64,000 nucleotides of DNA, taken from IMG/VR virus record IMGVR_UViG_3300037510_000569, positions 62,732-126,731 of that record; one strand, given 5' to 3'. The stretch comes from a virus. Its lineage: Duplodnaviria; Heunggongvirae; Uroviricota; Caudoviricetes. Below the pieces are notes generated by a model. That model was not told where the DNA came from and did no database searches. It saw only the letters and a list, made by a program, of their open reading frames with translations. Shown here in pieces: positions 25,361 through 34,171 of this stretch (within the stretch, counting starts at the first letter, position 1; every line of letters begins with the position of its first letter). A program made the translations under genes and the position numbers.

Positions 25361-26974
25361 ATGGGCCAGTATCTGCGCCAGCACTCCACGCGCTCCACGC
25401 CGCAGTCCGAGCCGATGAGCTCAGACCAGCGCCAGAACCCGGCCGGCGGCTTCGCTTGGCCGGTCGATGACTGGACGCGCGCGCGTCGCTTCCTGATCCT
25501 CGGTGCCGAGGGTGGCACCTACTACGTCGGTCAGCGCGAGCTCGTGAAGGACAACGCTGCGGCGCTTGAGCGCTGCCTCGCCGAGGACCCGATGCGCACG
25601 ATCGAGATGATCTGCGACATCAGCGACGGCGGTCTGGCGAAGTCCAACGACCCGGCGCTGTTCGCGCTGGCGATGGCGGTTGGCTCAAACGACCTGGAGA
25701 CGCGCCGCGAGGCTTGGCGTCGTCTGCCCCAGGTCGCCCGCATCGGCACGCACCTCTTCCACTTCGTTGCCTACATGCAGCAGTTCCGCGGCTGGGGGCC
25801 GCTGGCTCGCCGCGGCGTCAGCGCTTGGTACGAGGGCAAGGAAGCCGACAAGCTCGCCTACCAGCTCGTCAAGTACCGCCAGCGCGACGGTTGGAGCCAC
25901 CGCGACGTTCTGCGCCGCGCGCACCCCAAGGCACCGAGCGAACTGCACAAGGCGCTCTACGACTTCGCCTGCGGCCGGGAGTTCGGCGGCGGCGTGATCG
26001 AGGGCGAGGGAGGCGAGCGAGCTCTCAACATGATCGAGGGCTACCTGGCGGCGCAGAAGGCCGCAAGCCCGGCCGAGTCGGCGCGGCTGATCGGCGAGCA
26101 CGACCTGCCGCGCGAGGCGGTCAAGACCGACCACCTGACCTCGCCCGAGGTCTGGGAGGCGCTCCTGCGCAACATGCCGATCACGGCGATGATCCGCAAC
26201 CTCGCCAACCTGACTCGCGTGGGGATCATCAAGCCGATGAGCGACGGCGAGAAGCTCGTGGCAGAGCGTCTCGGCGACGAGGAGCGCCTGCGCAAGGGCC
26301 GTGTACATCCGATCGCGGTTCTCTCGGCGCTGACGATCTATGAGCGCGGCCATAGCGCCCTCGGTCGGGGCGAGGACTGGACGCCGTCGCAGAAGGTTGT
26401 TGACGCTCTCGATGCCGCCTTCTATACGGCCTTCGGGTCGGTGGAGCCCGCGAACAAGCGCACGCTGATCGCCGTCGATGTCTCCGGCTCGATGGGCTGG
26501 GGTGACATCGCTGGCGTTCCGGGGCTGACGCCGCGAGTCGGCGCCGCTGCGATGTCTCTGGTGACGGCGTCGACGGAGCCCGATCACGCGATCACCGCCT
26601 TCTCGCACACGATGGTCCCGGTCTCGGTCTCGCCGCGTCAGCGGATGGACGATGTGCTCCGCACCTTCGATGCTCTGCCGATGGGCGGCACCGACTGCGC
26701 GCTGCCGATGATCTACGCGGAAGAAATGGACCTCGAGATCGACACCTTCATCGCCTACACCGACAGCGAAACGTGGGCTGGGGAAGTCCACCCGGCTCAG
26801 GCCCTGCGCACCTACCGCGAGAAGACTGGCATCAACGCCCGCCTGATCGTCGTCGGCATGGTGTCGAGCGAGTTTTCGATCGCCGACCCCAACGACGGGG
26901 GGATGCTCGATGTCGTCGGCTTCGACAGCGCCGCGCCGGCGACGATGAGCGCCTTCTCCCGCGGCGAGGTCTAG
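25361..26974 (+). CDS. rsr: Ro60 (Rsr) orthologue: TROVE domain plus vWA domain with MIDAS motif
   Basis: RFLILGAEGGTYY, DGWSHRDVLRRAH, MPITAMIRNLANLT, RVHPIAVLSALTIYERGHS, LIAVDVSGSM (DxSxS), PMGGTDCALPMIYA, GMLDVVGFD; start set to the ATG with RBS gggagga because the upstream ORF extension overlaps the Y-RNA array. Confidence 0.85.
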   Translation: MGQYLRQHSTRSTPQSEPMSSDQRQNPAGGFAWPVDDWTRARRFLILGAEGGTYYVGQRELVKDNAAALERCLAEDPMRTIEMICDISDGGLAKSNDPALFALAMAVGSNDLETRREAWRRLPQVARIGTHLFHFVAYMQQFRGWGPLARRGVSAWYEGKEADKLAYQLVKYRQRDGWSHRDVLRRAHPKAPSELHKALYDFACGREFGGGVIEGEGGERALNMIEGYLAAQKAASPAESARLIGEHDLPREAVKTDHLTSPEVWEALLRNMPITAMIRNLANLTRVGIIKPMSDGEKLVAERLGDEERLRKGRVHPIAVLSALTIYERGHSALGRGEDWTPSQKVVDALDAAFYTAFGSVEPANKRTLIAVDVSGSMGWGDIAGVPGLTPRVGAAAMSLVTASTEPDHAITAFSHTMVPVSVSPRQRMDDVLRTFDALPMGGTDCALPMIYAEEMDLEIDTFIAYTDSETWAGEVHPAQALRTYREKTGINARLIVVGMVSSEFSIADPNDGGMLDVVGFDSAAPATMSAFSRGEV

Positions 26975-26995
26975 AGCCGGGTCTATCCTTTCGGC

Positions 26996-27166
26996 ATGTC
27001 TGAGGAGGTCCTGATCCAGCAGTACCCGCCCTTCGTCGTCTCGGTAGACCAGCGAGAGCGCTGGGATGCGGCGAAGGGCATCGCGGAGGCCATCATGGGC
27101 GACGCTGGCGACGAGGCTGTCTGGGGCGCGACGCGCGCGATCTACTTTTCGCCAGCACCGACCTGA
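26996..27166 (+). CDS. small hypothetical protein (56 aa, not in the ORF track)
   Basis: ATG 22 nt after the Ro60 stop; MSEEVLIQQYPPFVVSVDQRERWD.. Confidence 0.3.
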   Translation: MSEEVLIQQYPPFVVSVDQRERWDAAKGIAEAIMGDAGDEAVWGATRAIYFSPAPT

Positions 27167-27376
27167 TGCGCGACCCCGACCTCGAGGGAATCGCCCGCGC
27201 CTGGAAGTCCAACGCCGCCGGTGACCCACGTAGCTCGACGAGCCTCGTCTCCTGGATCGTCAACGGGCCCTTCCATCCGGCTTGGGTCGTGGTGGCTCGT
27301 GGCGCTCATCAGCCTGCACGAAGTACCTGGCATCCCTCCTGCGCAGAAAAGCTACCCCGACGCCGAATACGAGTTG

Positions 27377-27625
27377 ATGATCGCCAGCCTCAACCCCGAG
27401 TGCTGCCCGCCGGACCCAGACATGCCAGGGCAGTTGATGGTCTTGACGCCAATCGATCTCGTCTACCAGTTCGACGTGCGCGACCAGGAGGCTGCAGAAG
27501 AGATCGCCGACTTGGCCGTGAAAGCGATCGTCCAGGGGAAGCTCTCACCCGACCAGGATTACCGCCCGGTCTGGCAGCAGGTCCTCAAAACCACCGTCGA
27601 CCACTACAAGCAGGGCATCCACTGA
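27377..27625 (+). CDS. hypothetical protein; may be the downstream part of a frameshifted gene beginning at 27166
   Basis: Frame of ORF 27221 looks real from about 27330 onward, whereas the frame of ORF 27166 looks real only for about its first 45 codons. Confidence 0.3.
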   Translation: MIASLNPECCPPDPDMPGQLMVLTPIDLVYQFDVRDQEAAEEIADLAVKAIVQGKLSPDQDYRPVWQQVLKTTVDHYKQGIH

Positions 27626-27655
27626 CCATCCGGCAGCAGGGCTACGTTTTCCCCG

Positions 27656-27856
27656 ATGGGCGAGGCTGATCCGACCGCCAACCTTCGTGCCCGCATCGAG
27701 CGAGCGAAGGCAGAGCACCCCGATCCTGCCGAGCGGGACCAGGTCCTCGCCGCGCTCGAGGAGGACCTGAACGATCTCCTCGGCCGCGTCCGCACCTATC
27801 GAAGCGATGCCCGTCTTCAGCTAGAAGGCGGCGGCGGGGAGGCCTCGAGTGGCTGA
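27656..27856 (+). CDS. hypothetical protein (66 aa)
   Basis: ATG-initiated ORF of coiled-coil composition. Confidence 0.4.
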   Translation: MGEADPTANLRARIERAKAEHPDPAERDQVLAALEEDLNDLLGRVRTYRSDARLQLEGGGGEASSG

Positions 27857-28205
27857 CGGGTGCAACGGCAAGCACACCATCGATCCGTCTGACCGCAAGC
27901 GAGCGATGGAGTCGTCCAAAGGCGCGACGGTCAAATGCAAGACCTGCGGCAAGCGCCTGCGACTGAAGCCCTCCTCGGGCGAATCGGTCAAGGACGAGGC
28001 CAAGGTTCAGGAGGCAAAGCTCTCCAGCCAAGCCCGCAACGATCTGCCGGCGTCAGCCTTCGTCTTCCCCAAGGAACGGCGCTACCCGATCCACGACGAA
28101 TCCCACGCCAAGAACGCGCTGGCGCGATCGTCGGGTAAGCCGGAGGAGGCGACGGTCCGCGCTGCGGTTTACCGCCGTTATCCCGGCCTCAAGAAGAAGG
28201 AATGA
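27849..28205 (+). CDS. hypothetical protein with CxxC and YPIHDESHAKNALAR motif
   Basis: GTG start whose ORF overlaps the upstream stop by 8 nt; 118 aa. Confidence 0.45.
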   Translation: MADGCNGKHTIDPSDRKRAMESSKGATVKCKTCGKRLRLKPSSGESVKDEAKVQEAKLSSQARNDLPASAFVFPKERRYPIHDESHAKNALARSSGKPEEATVRAAVYRRYPGLKKKE

Positions 28206-28498
28206 CGGTGATGATCGGACTCCCGACGCCTGCGGCCCAGATTCGGGAGGAGCTCGCTCGATTGCGGCGCAAGGGCCTGAGTTTCGAGATCGCCTGGCGG
28301 CGAGCACTTGAGCGCGTGAAGTGGCCCGAAGAGAAAGGGCCGCGCGACGAATGGAAGGCGATCCTCGCCGACGGCAGGCCGATGTGGGAGGACGCCTACC
28401 TCCGCAACGGCAACAAGCCGAAGGGCATGGAGGCGATCACCGGCTTCTTCCTCTCAGACGCCTCGGGCGAGCGCCAACCGCTCGAGGTCCTCGCCTAG
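28202..28498 (+). CDS. hypothetical protein
   Basis: ATGA overlap; 98 aa. Confidence 0.45.
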   Translation: MTVMIGLPTPAAQIREELARLRRKGLSFEIAWRRALERVKWPEEKGPRDEWKAILADGRPMWEDAYLRNGNKPKGMEAITGFFLSDASGERQPLEVLA

Positions 28499-29673
28499 CG
28501 CTTCACCCGCCGGAACCAGAAGGGCAGCAGGTACCCGATGCCGGTCGCGCAGGCGATGTAGAAGCCGGAGAAGAACACGCTGTGATCTGAGACGCTCATG
28601 GCGAAGTTCCACACGTAGCTGACGAAGAAGAGCAGGCAGAAGAACAGCATCACCGCGGAGACCGCCCTGTCGTACTTCAGGATGAAGCGGTCACTGCGGT
28701 CGAGCTTGATGTAGACCACAGCAGGGTGTTTCTTCGAGTGTCCGGGAGGGCAGACCTCGCCGACGTACATCACCATTCCCTCGCGCTCCTCCGGCGTCTT
28801 GTCGCCAGAGAGGACCTCGATCTCGTAGTTGCCGCGGGCGCGCGGCCTGCCATTGATACGAATGAGACCGCCTTCGCTCAGCGTCATCGGCGGCGCCCAG
28901 AAGATGTCGTTGGGGGTGGTGTCGAGCTCTGGCCGCATCTCCTCAGGAACGACATCGCCGTCTGTCTGGGACTCAACCCACGCGCGCATTGCTTTGGGCT
29001 TCGGCTCGATCACCTCGACTCCGTAGCGCCCGACCGCGCGTTTGAGCGCCGCCGCCAGGTCGTAGCTCGCCCCCTTCTCCTCGATCATCGCTTGCACCGG
29101 GGTACAGAGTGCGACGATTTCGGCGTACTCGGCTCGGATGCCCGCGTGGTGGACCTCCATGTCACCCCAGGCTCGGACGATGCCCGCGACCGGGATTGCT
29201 TCGCTCTTGCCGAAGCGGACCAGCTCGACATCACGCGGGTCGTGGTAGGCGTAGAGGCCGCAGCCGCAGTTGGCGAGGGGAGCGCGGTGCCCGTCGGCGA
29301 AGTCGGCCACGCAGACAGCGACATTGCGACCAGCCTCCCAAGTGGTGTTCCCCTGTCCCTGCGAGGTCAGGTATCCAGCTGCGTCAAGTTGCCAAGCGCG
29401 GAAACCGTAAACCGCCCCGACGAGATCCGGCGGAACCTCCGGCCGCGCCGGCGGCTCGAACTTCAGAGAGGCCGCTTCCCACTCTTCGATCGAAGTCTGC
29501 TCCCAATTGGTGCGCAAGTCGGTGACGCTGAGGACCAGCGTTTCGCCCATCCCACCAACCCGAGCAGGCAAGGTCTGTACGACCACGACCCCAGGAGCGA
29601 CAGGGACATGCTGAATTACGCGGACGAGCTTTAGCGGGTCCGCTGCGTTGCGCCAGTAGGTGCTCTCCAGCAC
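28495..29673 (-). CDS. paralog-family protein (FRAW..C..CGCGLYA..GIRAEYA domain) with C-terminal TM segments
   Basis: Minus-strand ORF with GTG start; third copy of the domain seen at 11598 and 14063; hydrophobic C-terminus LFFCLLFFVSYVW and FYIACATGIGYLLPFWF. Confidence 0.55.
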   Translation of the reverse strand: MLESTYWRNAADPLKLVRVIQHVPVAPGVVVVQTLPARVGGMGETLVLSVTDLRTNWEQTSIEEWEAASLKFEPPARPEVPPDLVGAVYGFRAWQLDAAGYLTSQGQGNTTWEAGRNVAVCVADFADGHRAPLANCGCGLYAYHDPRDVELVRFGKSEAIPVAGIVRAWGDMEVHHAGIRAEYAEIVALCTPVQAMIEEKGASYDLAAALKRAVGRYGVEVIEPKPKAMRAWVESQTDGDVVPEEMRPELDTTPNDIFWAPPMTLSEGGLIRINGRPRARGNYEIEVLSGDKTPEEREGMVMYVGEVCPPGHSKKHPAVVYIKLDRSDRFILKYDRAVSAVMLFFCLLFFVSYVWNFAMSVSDHSVFFSGFYIACATGIGYLLPFWFRRVKR

Positions 29674-29676
29674 CGT

Positions 29677-29820
29677 TTAAGCGGGGACCTTCTCGGGTGC
29701 CTTCTCTGGTGCCTTTTCAGGCGCGCGCTCAGGCTTTGGCTCCGTGCGCTCTGGCGGTGGCGCGGGGGCACGAGCGGGGTCGTCTACGCGGATGCGCTGG
29801 GGCTTGCCTGGAAGGGTCAT
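29677..29820 (-). CDS. small Pro/Glu-rich protein (47 aa)
   Basis: RBS aaggaga before the ATG (reverse complement), partial start-associated motif; PERTEPKPERAPEKAPEKAPEKVPA; hand-translated. Confidence 0.35.
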   Translation of the reverse strand: MTLPGKPQRIRVDDPARAPAPPPERTEPKPERAPEKAPEKAPEKVPA

Positions 29821-29830
29821 CGAGATGTCT

Positions 29831-29923
29831 CCTTGGTCGGTTCGTTGGAGACTACATCCTGGCGCGCAACGCAGACAACAAAGCTGTGCAGCAGGTAGTC
29901 TGCCGCTACCCCGACCAAGGAGA
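29831..29923. promoter_or_regulatory. divergent regulatory region with two partial start-associated motifs, one per strand
   Basis: ccttggtcggttcgttgg on the minus side and ccccgaccaaggag on the plus side. Confidence 0.4.
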
Positions 29924-29926
29924 TTC

Positions 29927-30739
29927 GTGGCAGACCCGTTTCGCGTCTATGGCCCCGAGGAGTGCGGCCAGGACGGCTATCCCTTCATCTGGCATCGCAA
30001 CGACGGCTCGCTCGACGCTCTGATCGCAGAGCTAGAAATCGCTGAGACCTCTGGCGTCAAGCACATCGTCCGCGCCCAGGCTGCGCACCGCTGTCTGCGC
30101 TGCAACCACCCCTTCGTGGTCGGGGAGTCGGGAGTGATGGAGGGTCCTCAGGCCGAAGCTAAGTCCTGGGCGGCCGAGATGGGCGTCGATGTCGAGGTCC
30201 TCGATGAGGTCTTCGCCGACATCGGCGTGCCCGGCCTGACGCGCGAGCAGGAGATGAAAGCCCTTGAGCGCGCGCGGCGGATCAACTGGTCACGCTGCGA
30301 CAAGCTCTGTACCCACGGTGGCCCGATCCGGGCGGCGTGGGAGAACAAGGAGACCGGCGAGACCGAAAAAGGCGATACCTGGTCGCCGACCAGCGTCGCC
30401 ACCGCCGGCGAGCTTCATCAGGAGTGGCTCGGCAAGGGCAGGATCGAAGCCGCCTGGCGCATCCTCACCGTCCACCACCTCGACGAGGTGAAGGCGAACC
30501 TGCGCTGGTGGAACCTAGTCGCGCTCTGCCAGCGCTGCCACCTCCTGATCCAGCGCAAGGTGACGATGGACCACCCCTGGCCATGGGAGCACTCGGACTG
30601 GTTCCGACCCTACGCTGCGGCTTGGTACGCGCTGAAGTATCGCGGCGAAGAGCTGAACCGGCTCGAAACGCTCGGCCGCCTTGAGGAGCTGCTGGCGCTC
30701 GGCCAGCGCGAAGAGTCCGTAGAGAGGATGCCGCTTTGA
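29927..30739 (+). CDS. HNH endonuclease with an N-terminal CxxC domain
   Basis: GTG after ccaaggag; HHLDEVKANLRWWNLVALCQRCHLL HNH core; HRCLRCNH. Confidence 0.65.
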   Translation: MADPFRVYGPEECGQDGYPFIWHRNDGSLDALIAELEIAETSGVKHIVRAQAAHRCLRCNHPFVVGESGVMEGPQAEAKSWAAEMGVDVEVLDEVFADIGVPGLTREQEMKALERARRINWSRCDKLCTHGGPIRAAWENKETGETEKGDTWSPTSVATAGELHQEWLGKGRIEAAWRILTVHHLDEVKANLRWWNLVALCQRCHLLIQRKVTMDHPWPWEHSDWFRPYAAAWYALKYRGEELNRLETLGRLEELLALGQREESVERMPL

Positions 30740-31530
30740 GCGTCCCCAGCGCCCTGCTCGACGAGCACCCGCCGATGGCGGAGTGGAGCATCCTGCTCGC
30801 CTACCGCGGCTCGATCGCGCACGGCATGTACGAGCCCAACGACATGCCGACCTCGACCGACGACAAAGACCTGATCGGAGTCTGCGTGCCGCCGCTCGAC
30901 CACTACGTCGGCTTCCGCGAGTTCGGCAACCAGCGCACCTACGAGGTGATGAGCGACCCCTGGGACATCGTGGTCTACGAGGCGACCAAGGCGATCAAGA
31001 TGCTAGCCGACGGCAACCCCAATGTCCTCAGCTTTCTCTGGCTGCCCGAGGACCTTTACCTCTCCGTCTCGTCGGCGGGGCGGCGCTTGATCGACTCCCG
31101 CGACATCTTCGCCGCTCGCTCGACCTACTTCCGCTTCATTGGCTACGCGCGCGAGCAGATGCGCAAGATGGAGAGCGGCGCCTACCTCGGCTACATGGGC
31201 GAGAAGCGCAAGCGCTTGGTGGAGGCTTTTGGCTACGACACCAAGAACGCCTCGCACCTGATCCGCATCCTGCGCATGGGGATTGAGTTCCTCGACGACG
31301 GAACGATGCGAGTTCAACGCCAGGACGCCGCCGAACTGATGGCGATCAAGCATGGCGGCTGGCCGCTGGAGAAGGTGAAGGCGGAGGCTGAGCGTCTCTT
31401 CGAGCTGGCCGCAGAGTCCCATGTGCGATCGCCTCTTCCCGACGAGCCAGATCGCGCTCGCGTCAATTCCCTGGCGGTCCAAGTCGTCCTCGAGGCGCTG
31501 ACCGAACGGGCCGAGCTCCCCAAGACCTGA
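30736..31530 (+). CDS. predicted nucleotidyltransferase (Pol-beta-like GS...DxD fold, pfam10127-like)
   Basis: LAYRGSIAHGMYEPNDMPTSTDDKDL; TTGA overlap start, or an alternative ATG at 30775. Confidence 0.5.
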   Translation: MSVPSALLDEHPPMAEWSILLAYRGSIAHGMYEPNDMPTSTDDKDLIGVCVPPLDHYVGFREFGNQRTYEVMSDPWDIVVYEATKAIKMLADGNPNVLSFLWLPEDLYLSVSSAGRRLIDSRDIFAARSTYFRFIGYAREQMRKMESGAYLGYMGEKRKRLVEAFGYDTKNASHLIRILRMGIEFLDDGTMRVQRQDAAELMAIKHGGWPLEKVKAEAERLFELAAESHVRSPLPDEPDRARVNSLAVQVVLEALTERAELPKT

Positions 31531-31571
31531 CCAACCGCGCTTCGGCGCAGAAAGAAGGACAAGAGAACCCA

Positions 31572-32612
31572 ATGAGCAACGAAACGAGTTTCCCGATCGG
31601 GTGGCTTATCGCGGTCGTGGTGGCTTTCCTTTTCGTCATCGTGGCGATCGGTAGCTGTTCCTCGCTGAACCGGACCGGCCCGACCGAGGTCGCGCTGATC
31701 CGCAACGGCGGCCCCTTCGACAACAAAAGCATCCGGGAGGTCCGACCGCCGAGCCAGGGCTACAAGGTCAGCGGGCTTGCCTCTGAAGTGCGCAAGTACA
31801 TCGCCGGAAACGAGCAGCGCTACTACAAGGTCTCGAGTGACCCAAGCCTGGGTAGCGAAAGCGGCTCTGACTTCATCAAAGTCCCTACCAAGGACGGCGT
31901 GAACGTCGAGGTCGACGCCCAGATCAGCTTCCGCACGAACTTCACCAACGAAGGCGGAGAACTGACGCCCTGCGACTGCCCCAACGAAAAAGGCGATCAG
32001 GAATACGAGTGGTTGCTGGAAAAGTTCGACACCAACTACGGCAACCGCAACTACCGCGCCAAGGACGGAGACCAGTTGAAGGTCTGGGAAGGCAACGATG
32101 GATGGAACGCCTTCCTCGACAGCATCTTCCGGCCGGTCGTGGAGAACGCCTTCCGCGAGCAGGTCGGCTCGGTCAACTGCGCCGACCTGGTGAGCAGTTG
32201 CGCGCTCGTCCAGTCCTCCAGCCAGGACCAGTCCGTCGCCTTCACCGGAGCTGACAACCGCAAAAACTTCGAGCGGATTCAGAACTCGGTGCAGGCTCAG
32301 ATCGACGAAGGCGTCGAAAGCGCCCTCGGCACCGAATACCTGACCGGCTTCAAAGTCCAGCTGACGAAGGTCTCGCTGCCACAGAAGGTCCAGGACGCGA
32401 TCGACGACGCTCAGGCCAGCTTCGCCAAGATCGCTGAGGCACGAGCAGGCAAGATCCAGGCCGACTACCAGGCAGAAGCCAACGAACGGCTCGCCGCCGC
32501 CTACCGCGGCAACCCGATCCTCGGCTACATCAAAGCGATCGAATCCCTCAAGGACTCGACCGCGACGATCATCGTCGGCGAACCGGGCACCGGGCTCAAC
32601 ATCGGACGCTGA
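31572..32612 (+). CDS. SPFH / band-7 (stomatin-prohibitin-HflK/C-like) membrane protein
   Basis: N-terminal TM WLIAVVVAFLFVIVAIG, SPFH-like core, C-terminal Ala/Glu coiled coil; GC somewhat lower than neighbouring genes. Confidence 0.65.
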   Translation: MSNETSFPIGWLIAVVVAFLFVIVAIGSCSSLNRTGPTEVALIRNGGPFDNKSIREVRPPSQGYKVSGLASEVRKYIAGNEQRYYKVSSDPSLGSESGSDFIKVPTKDGVNVEVDAQISFRTNFTNEGGELTPCDCPNEKGDQEYEWLLEKFDTNYGNRNYRAKDGDQLKVWEGNDGWNAFLDSIFRPVVENAFREQVGSVNCADLVSSCALVQSSSQDQSVAFTGADNRKNFERIQNSVQAQIDEGVESALGTEYLTGFKVQLTKVSLPQKVQDAIDDAQASFAKIAEARAGKIQADYQAEANERLAAAYRGNPILGYIKAIESLKDSTATIIVGEPGTGLNIGR

Positions 32613-32617
32613 TGTAG

Positions 32618-32752
32618 ATGGGCCGGCTCGTCCCCTTGCTCAGCGTGGCGGCTTCGGCGACGACCCTCTTCCTGGGCTGGATCAAAATCAAAGCCTGGAA
32701 ACAGGAAGAGCGGAAGCGAAAGGGTCCCGACCAAGACGGTCGGGACCCTTAG
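32618..32752 (+). CDS. small membrane peptide (44 aa)
   Basis: ATG 6 nt after the SPFH stop; ends inside the terminator hairpin; weak. Confidence 0.3.
   Translation: MGRLVPLLSVAASATTLFLGWIKIKAWKQEERKRKGPDQDGRDP
32716..32750. terminator. bidirectional intrinsic-terminator hairpin between convergent units
   Basis: aaaGGGTCCCGACCaagacGGTCGGGACCCtt, an 11-bp perfect stem, lying between the plus-strand SPFH operon and the minus-strand Ku gene. Confidence 0.55.
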
Positions 32753-32773
32753 CGCCACAGACGCAAGCCGAGT

Positions 32774-33622
32774 CTATTTCGCGGCGGCGAGGCTGGCCTC
32801 CAGCACATCGGCCACCTTGTCGCTCTGGACGGCGTCGGCCGTCGCCGTCACCGGCACCTCGATTGCCTCGCCCGCGGCGGCCTGCTCGACCAGCTCGCGC
32901 TTACGGTCGATCGCGGCGTCGATCGGCGCGTCCCAGTCGCCCGCGTCAACCTCCATGAGGGTGAGGACGACCTTGCGCGCTTTCTCGACCTGCGGTTGCT
33001 CGACCTGCGCGACCTGATGCGCCAGGACCGCCTCGTCGGGCTCCCGCACTTCTGCGGCGAAGGTCAGGGTGTTGAGGACGAGGCACCCTTTCTCGGCGTC
33101 GGCGTAGACCACGCCGAGTTTCTGGCGCGACCGGGCGGTGAACTTGACCCGCAGGGCGAGCCGCTGTTTGTCGGCTTTCGTCTTGCCCTTCTGGGGTAGC
33201 AGAGCGCGGTAGATCAGGTTGTAGACCTTGTGCGCGCCGGATTTGGCGGGGACCTGTAGGTAGTAGAGGCCGGTCGCCCGCTCGAACGGGATGTCCTCGT
33301 AGGGCACCGCTCTTTCGACCCGCATATCGACCAGCTTGGTCGCCTCCTCGATTGCCTCGATCTGCTCCTCGGGGATCGGCTTGAACTGGTCGCCGACGCG
33401 GACCCCGCGCTGACGCTCGGCGTAGTCGAAGACCTCGCCCGTCGCTTTGTCGACGTATTGGGTCTCGTACTCCGCGCCGCTCGGTGCCGCACCGTCGTAC
33501 TTCACGTCCACCGAGCCGGTCGCTTTGCAGATCTGCACCGGGAAGTGGAGCAGGGGAACATCGGTCTCCGTAGCGGCGTCGAAGCTGGTGGTGATGACGA
33601 GATCGTTGTTGGTGCCCTTCAT
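32774..33622 (-). CDS. ku: Ku protein (NHEJ DNA-end-binding)
   Basis: 282 aa; resembles bacterial/mycobacteriophage Ku (core beta-barrel region plus C-terminal extension) from memory; RBS and start-associated motif directly upstream. Confidence 0.75.
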   Translation of the reverse strand: MKGTNNDLVITTSFDAATETDVPLLHFPVQICKATGSVDVKYDGAAPSGAEYETQYVDKATGEVFDYAERQRGVRVGDQFKPIPEEQIEAIEEATKLVDMRVERAVPYEDIPFERATGLYYLQVPAKSGAHKVYNLIYRALLPQKGKTKADKQRLALRVKFTARSRQKLGVVYADAEKGCLVLNTLTFAAEVREPDEAVLAHQVAQVEQPQVEKARKVVLTLMEVDAGDWDAPIDAAIDRKRELVEQAAAGEAIEVPVTATADAVQSDKVADVLEASLAAAK

Positions 33623-33628
33623 CGGGAA

Positions 33629-33661
33629 CCTCCTTGGTCGGGTTGTGCCAACAAAGTTAGC
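33629..33661 (-). promoter_or_regulatory. full start-associated motif copy (minus strand) before ku
   Basis: Reverse complement reads ctaactttgttggcacaacccgaccaaggagg. Confidence 0.55.
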
Positions 33662-33685
33662 ACAGAATCGCCTAGTGCAGCAGCG

Positions 33686-34099
33686 TTAGGCAGAGCGCTT
33701 TAGCTCGCGCAGGCGGGCTGTCGCCTGCTCTCGGTAGGCAAGCTCGGAATCCGTGAGCTTACGACCACCAGAGCCATAAGTGAGGATCAGGTCTGCCAGA
33801 ACTCCAGCCTCCGCCTTCTTAACGACCAGATAGGGCTGTATCGCGTCAAGTACCTCACGAACACCCTTAGCCCCCTGCACTGACCAAGCGTAAACAGGAC
33901 GGTGCTCGCCCTTGCCTTTGCAGCGCTGGTAGACAGACCCGCCGAATATGCCTTGAAGCTTCTTCAGTGCAGCGAGGTTCGTATTGCCGACCGTGATTCG
34001 TGGCATATGCCGCTGGCGAGAAGCCAGATTCCGATGAACATCGAGACATCCCTCACCGTCGATGAAGCCAGCGGCCCATGCGCGGTCAGTCTCTCGCAT
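33686..34099 (-). CDS. LAGLIDADG homing endonuclease (single-motif type)
   Basis: AWAAGFIDGEGC motif; ATG at 34099 chosen, or alternatively TTG at 34162; sits between the divergent ku and ligase genes. Confidence 0.65.
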   Translation of the reverse strand: MRETDRAWAAGFIDGEGCLDVHRNLASRQRHMPRITVGNTNLAALKKLQGIFGGSVYQRCKGKGEHRPVYAWSVQGAKGVREVLDAIQPYLVVKKAEAGVLADLILTYGSGGRKLTDSELAYREQATARLRELKRSA

Positions 34100-34137
34100 G
34101 GTCAGGCAGCCTACTGGCTGCGATCCAGCCAAATAAG

Positions 34138-34167
34138 TGCTAACTTTCTTGGCACCGACCAAGGGGA
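34138..34167 (+). promoter_or_regulatory. full start-associated motif copy before the ligase gene
   Basis: gctaactttcttggcaccgaccaagggga, 4 nt before the ATG. Confidence 0.55.
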
Positions 34168-34171
34168 AGCA

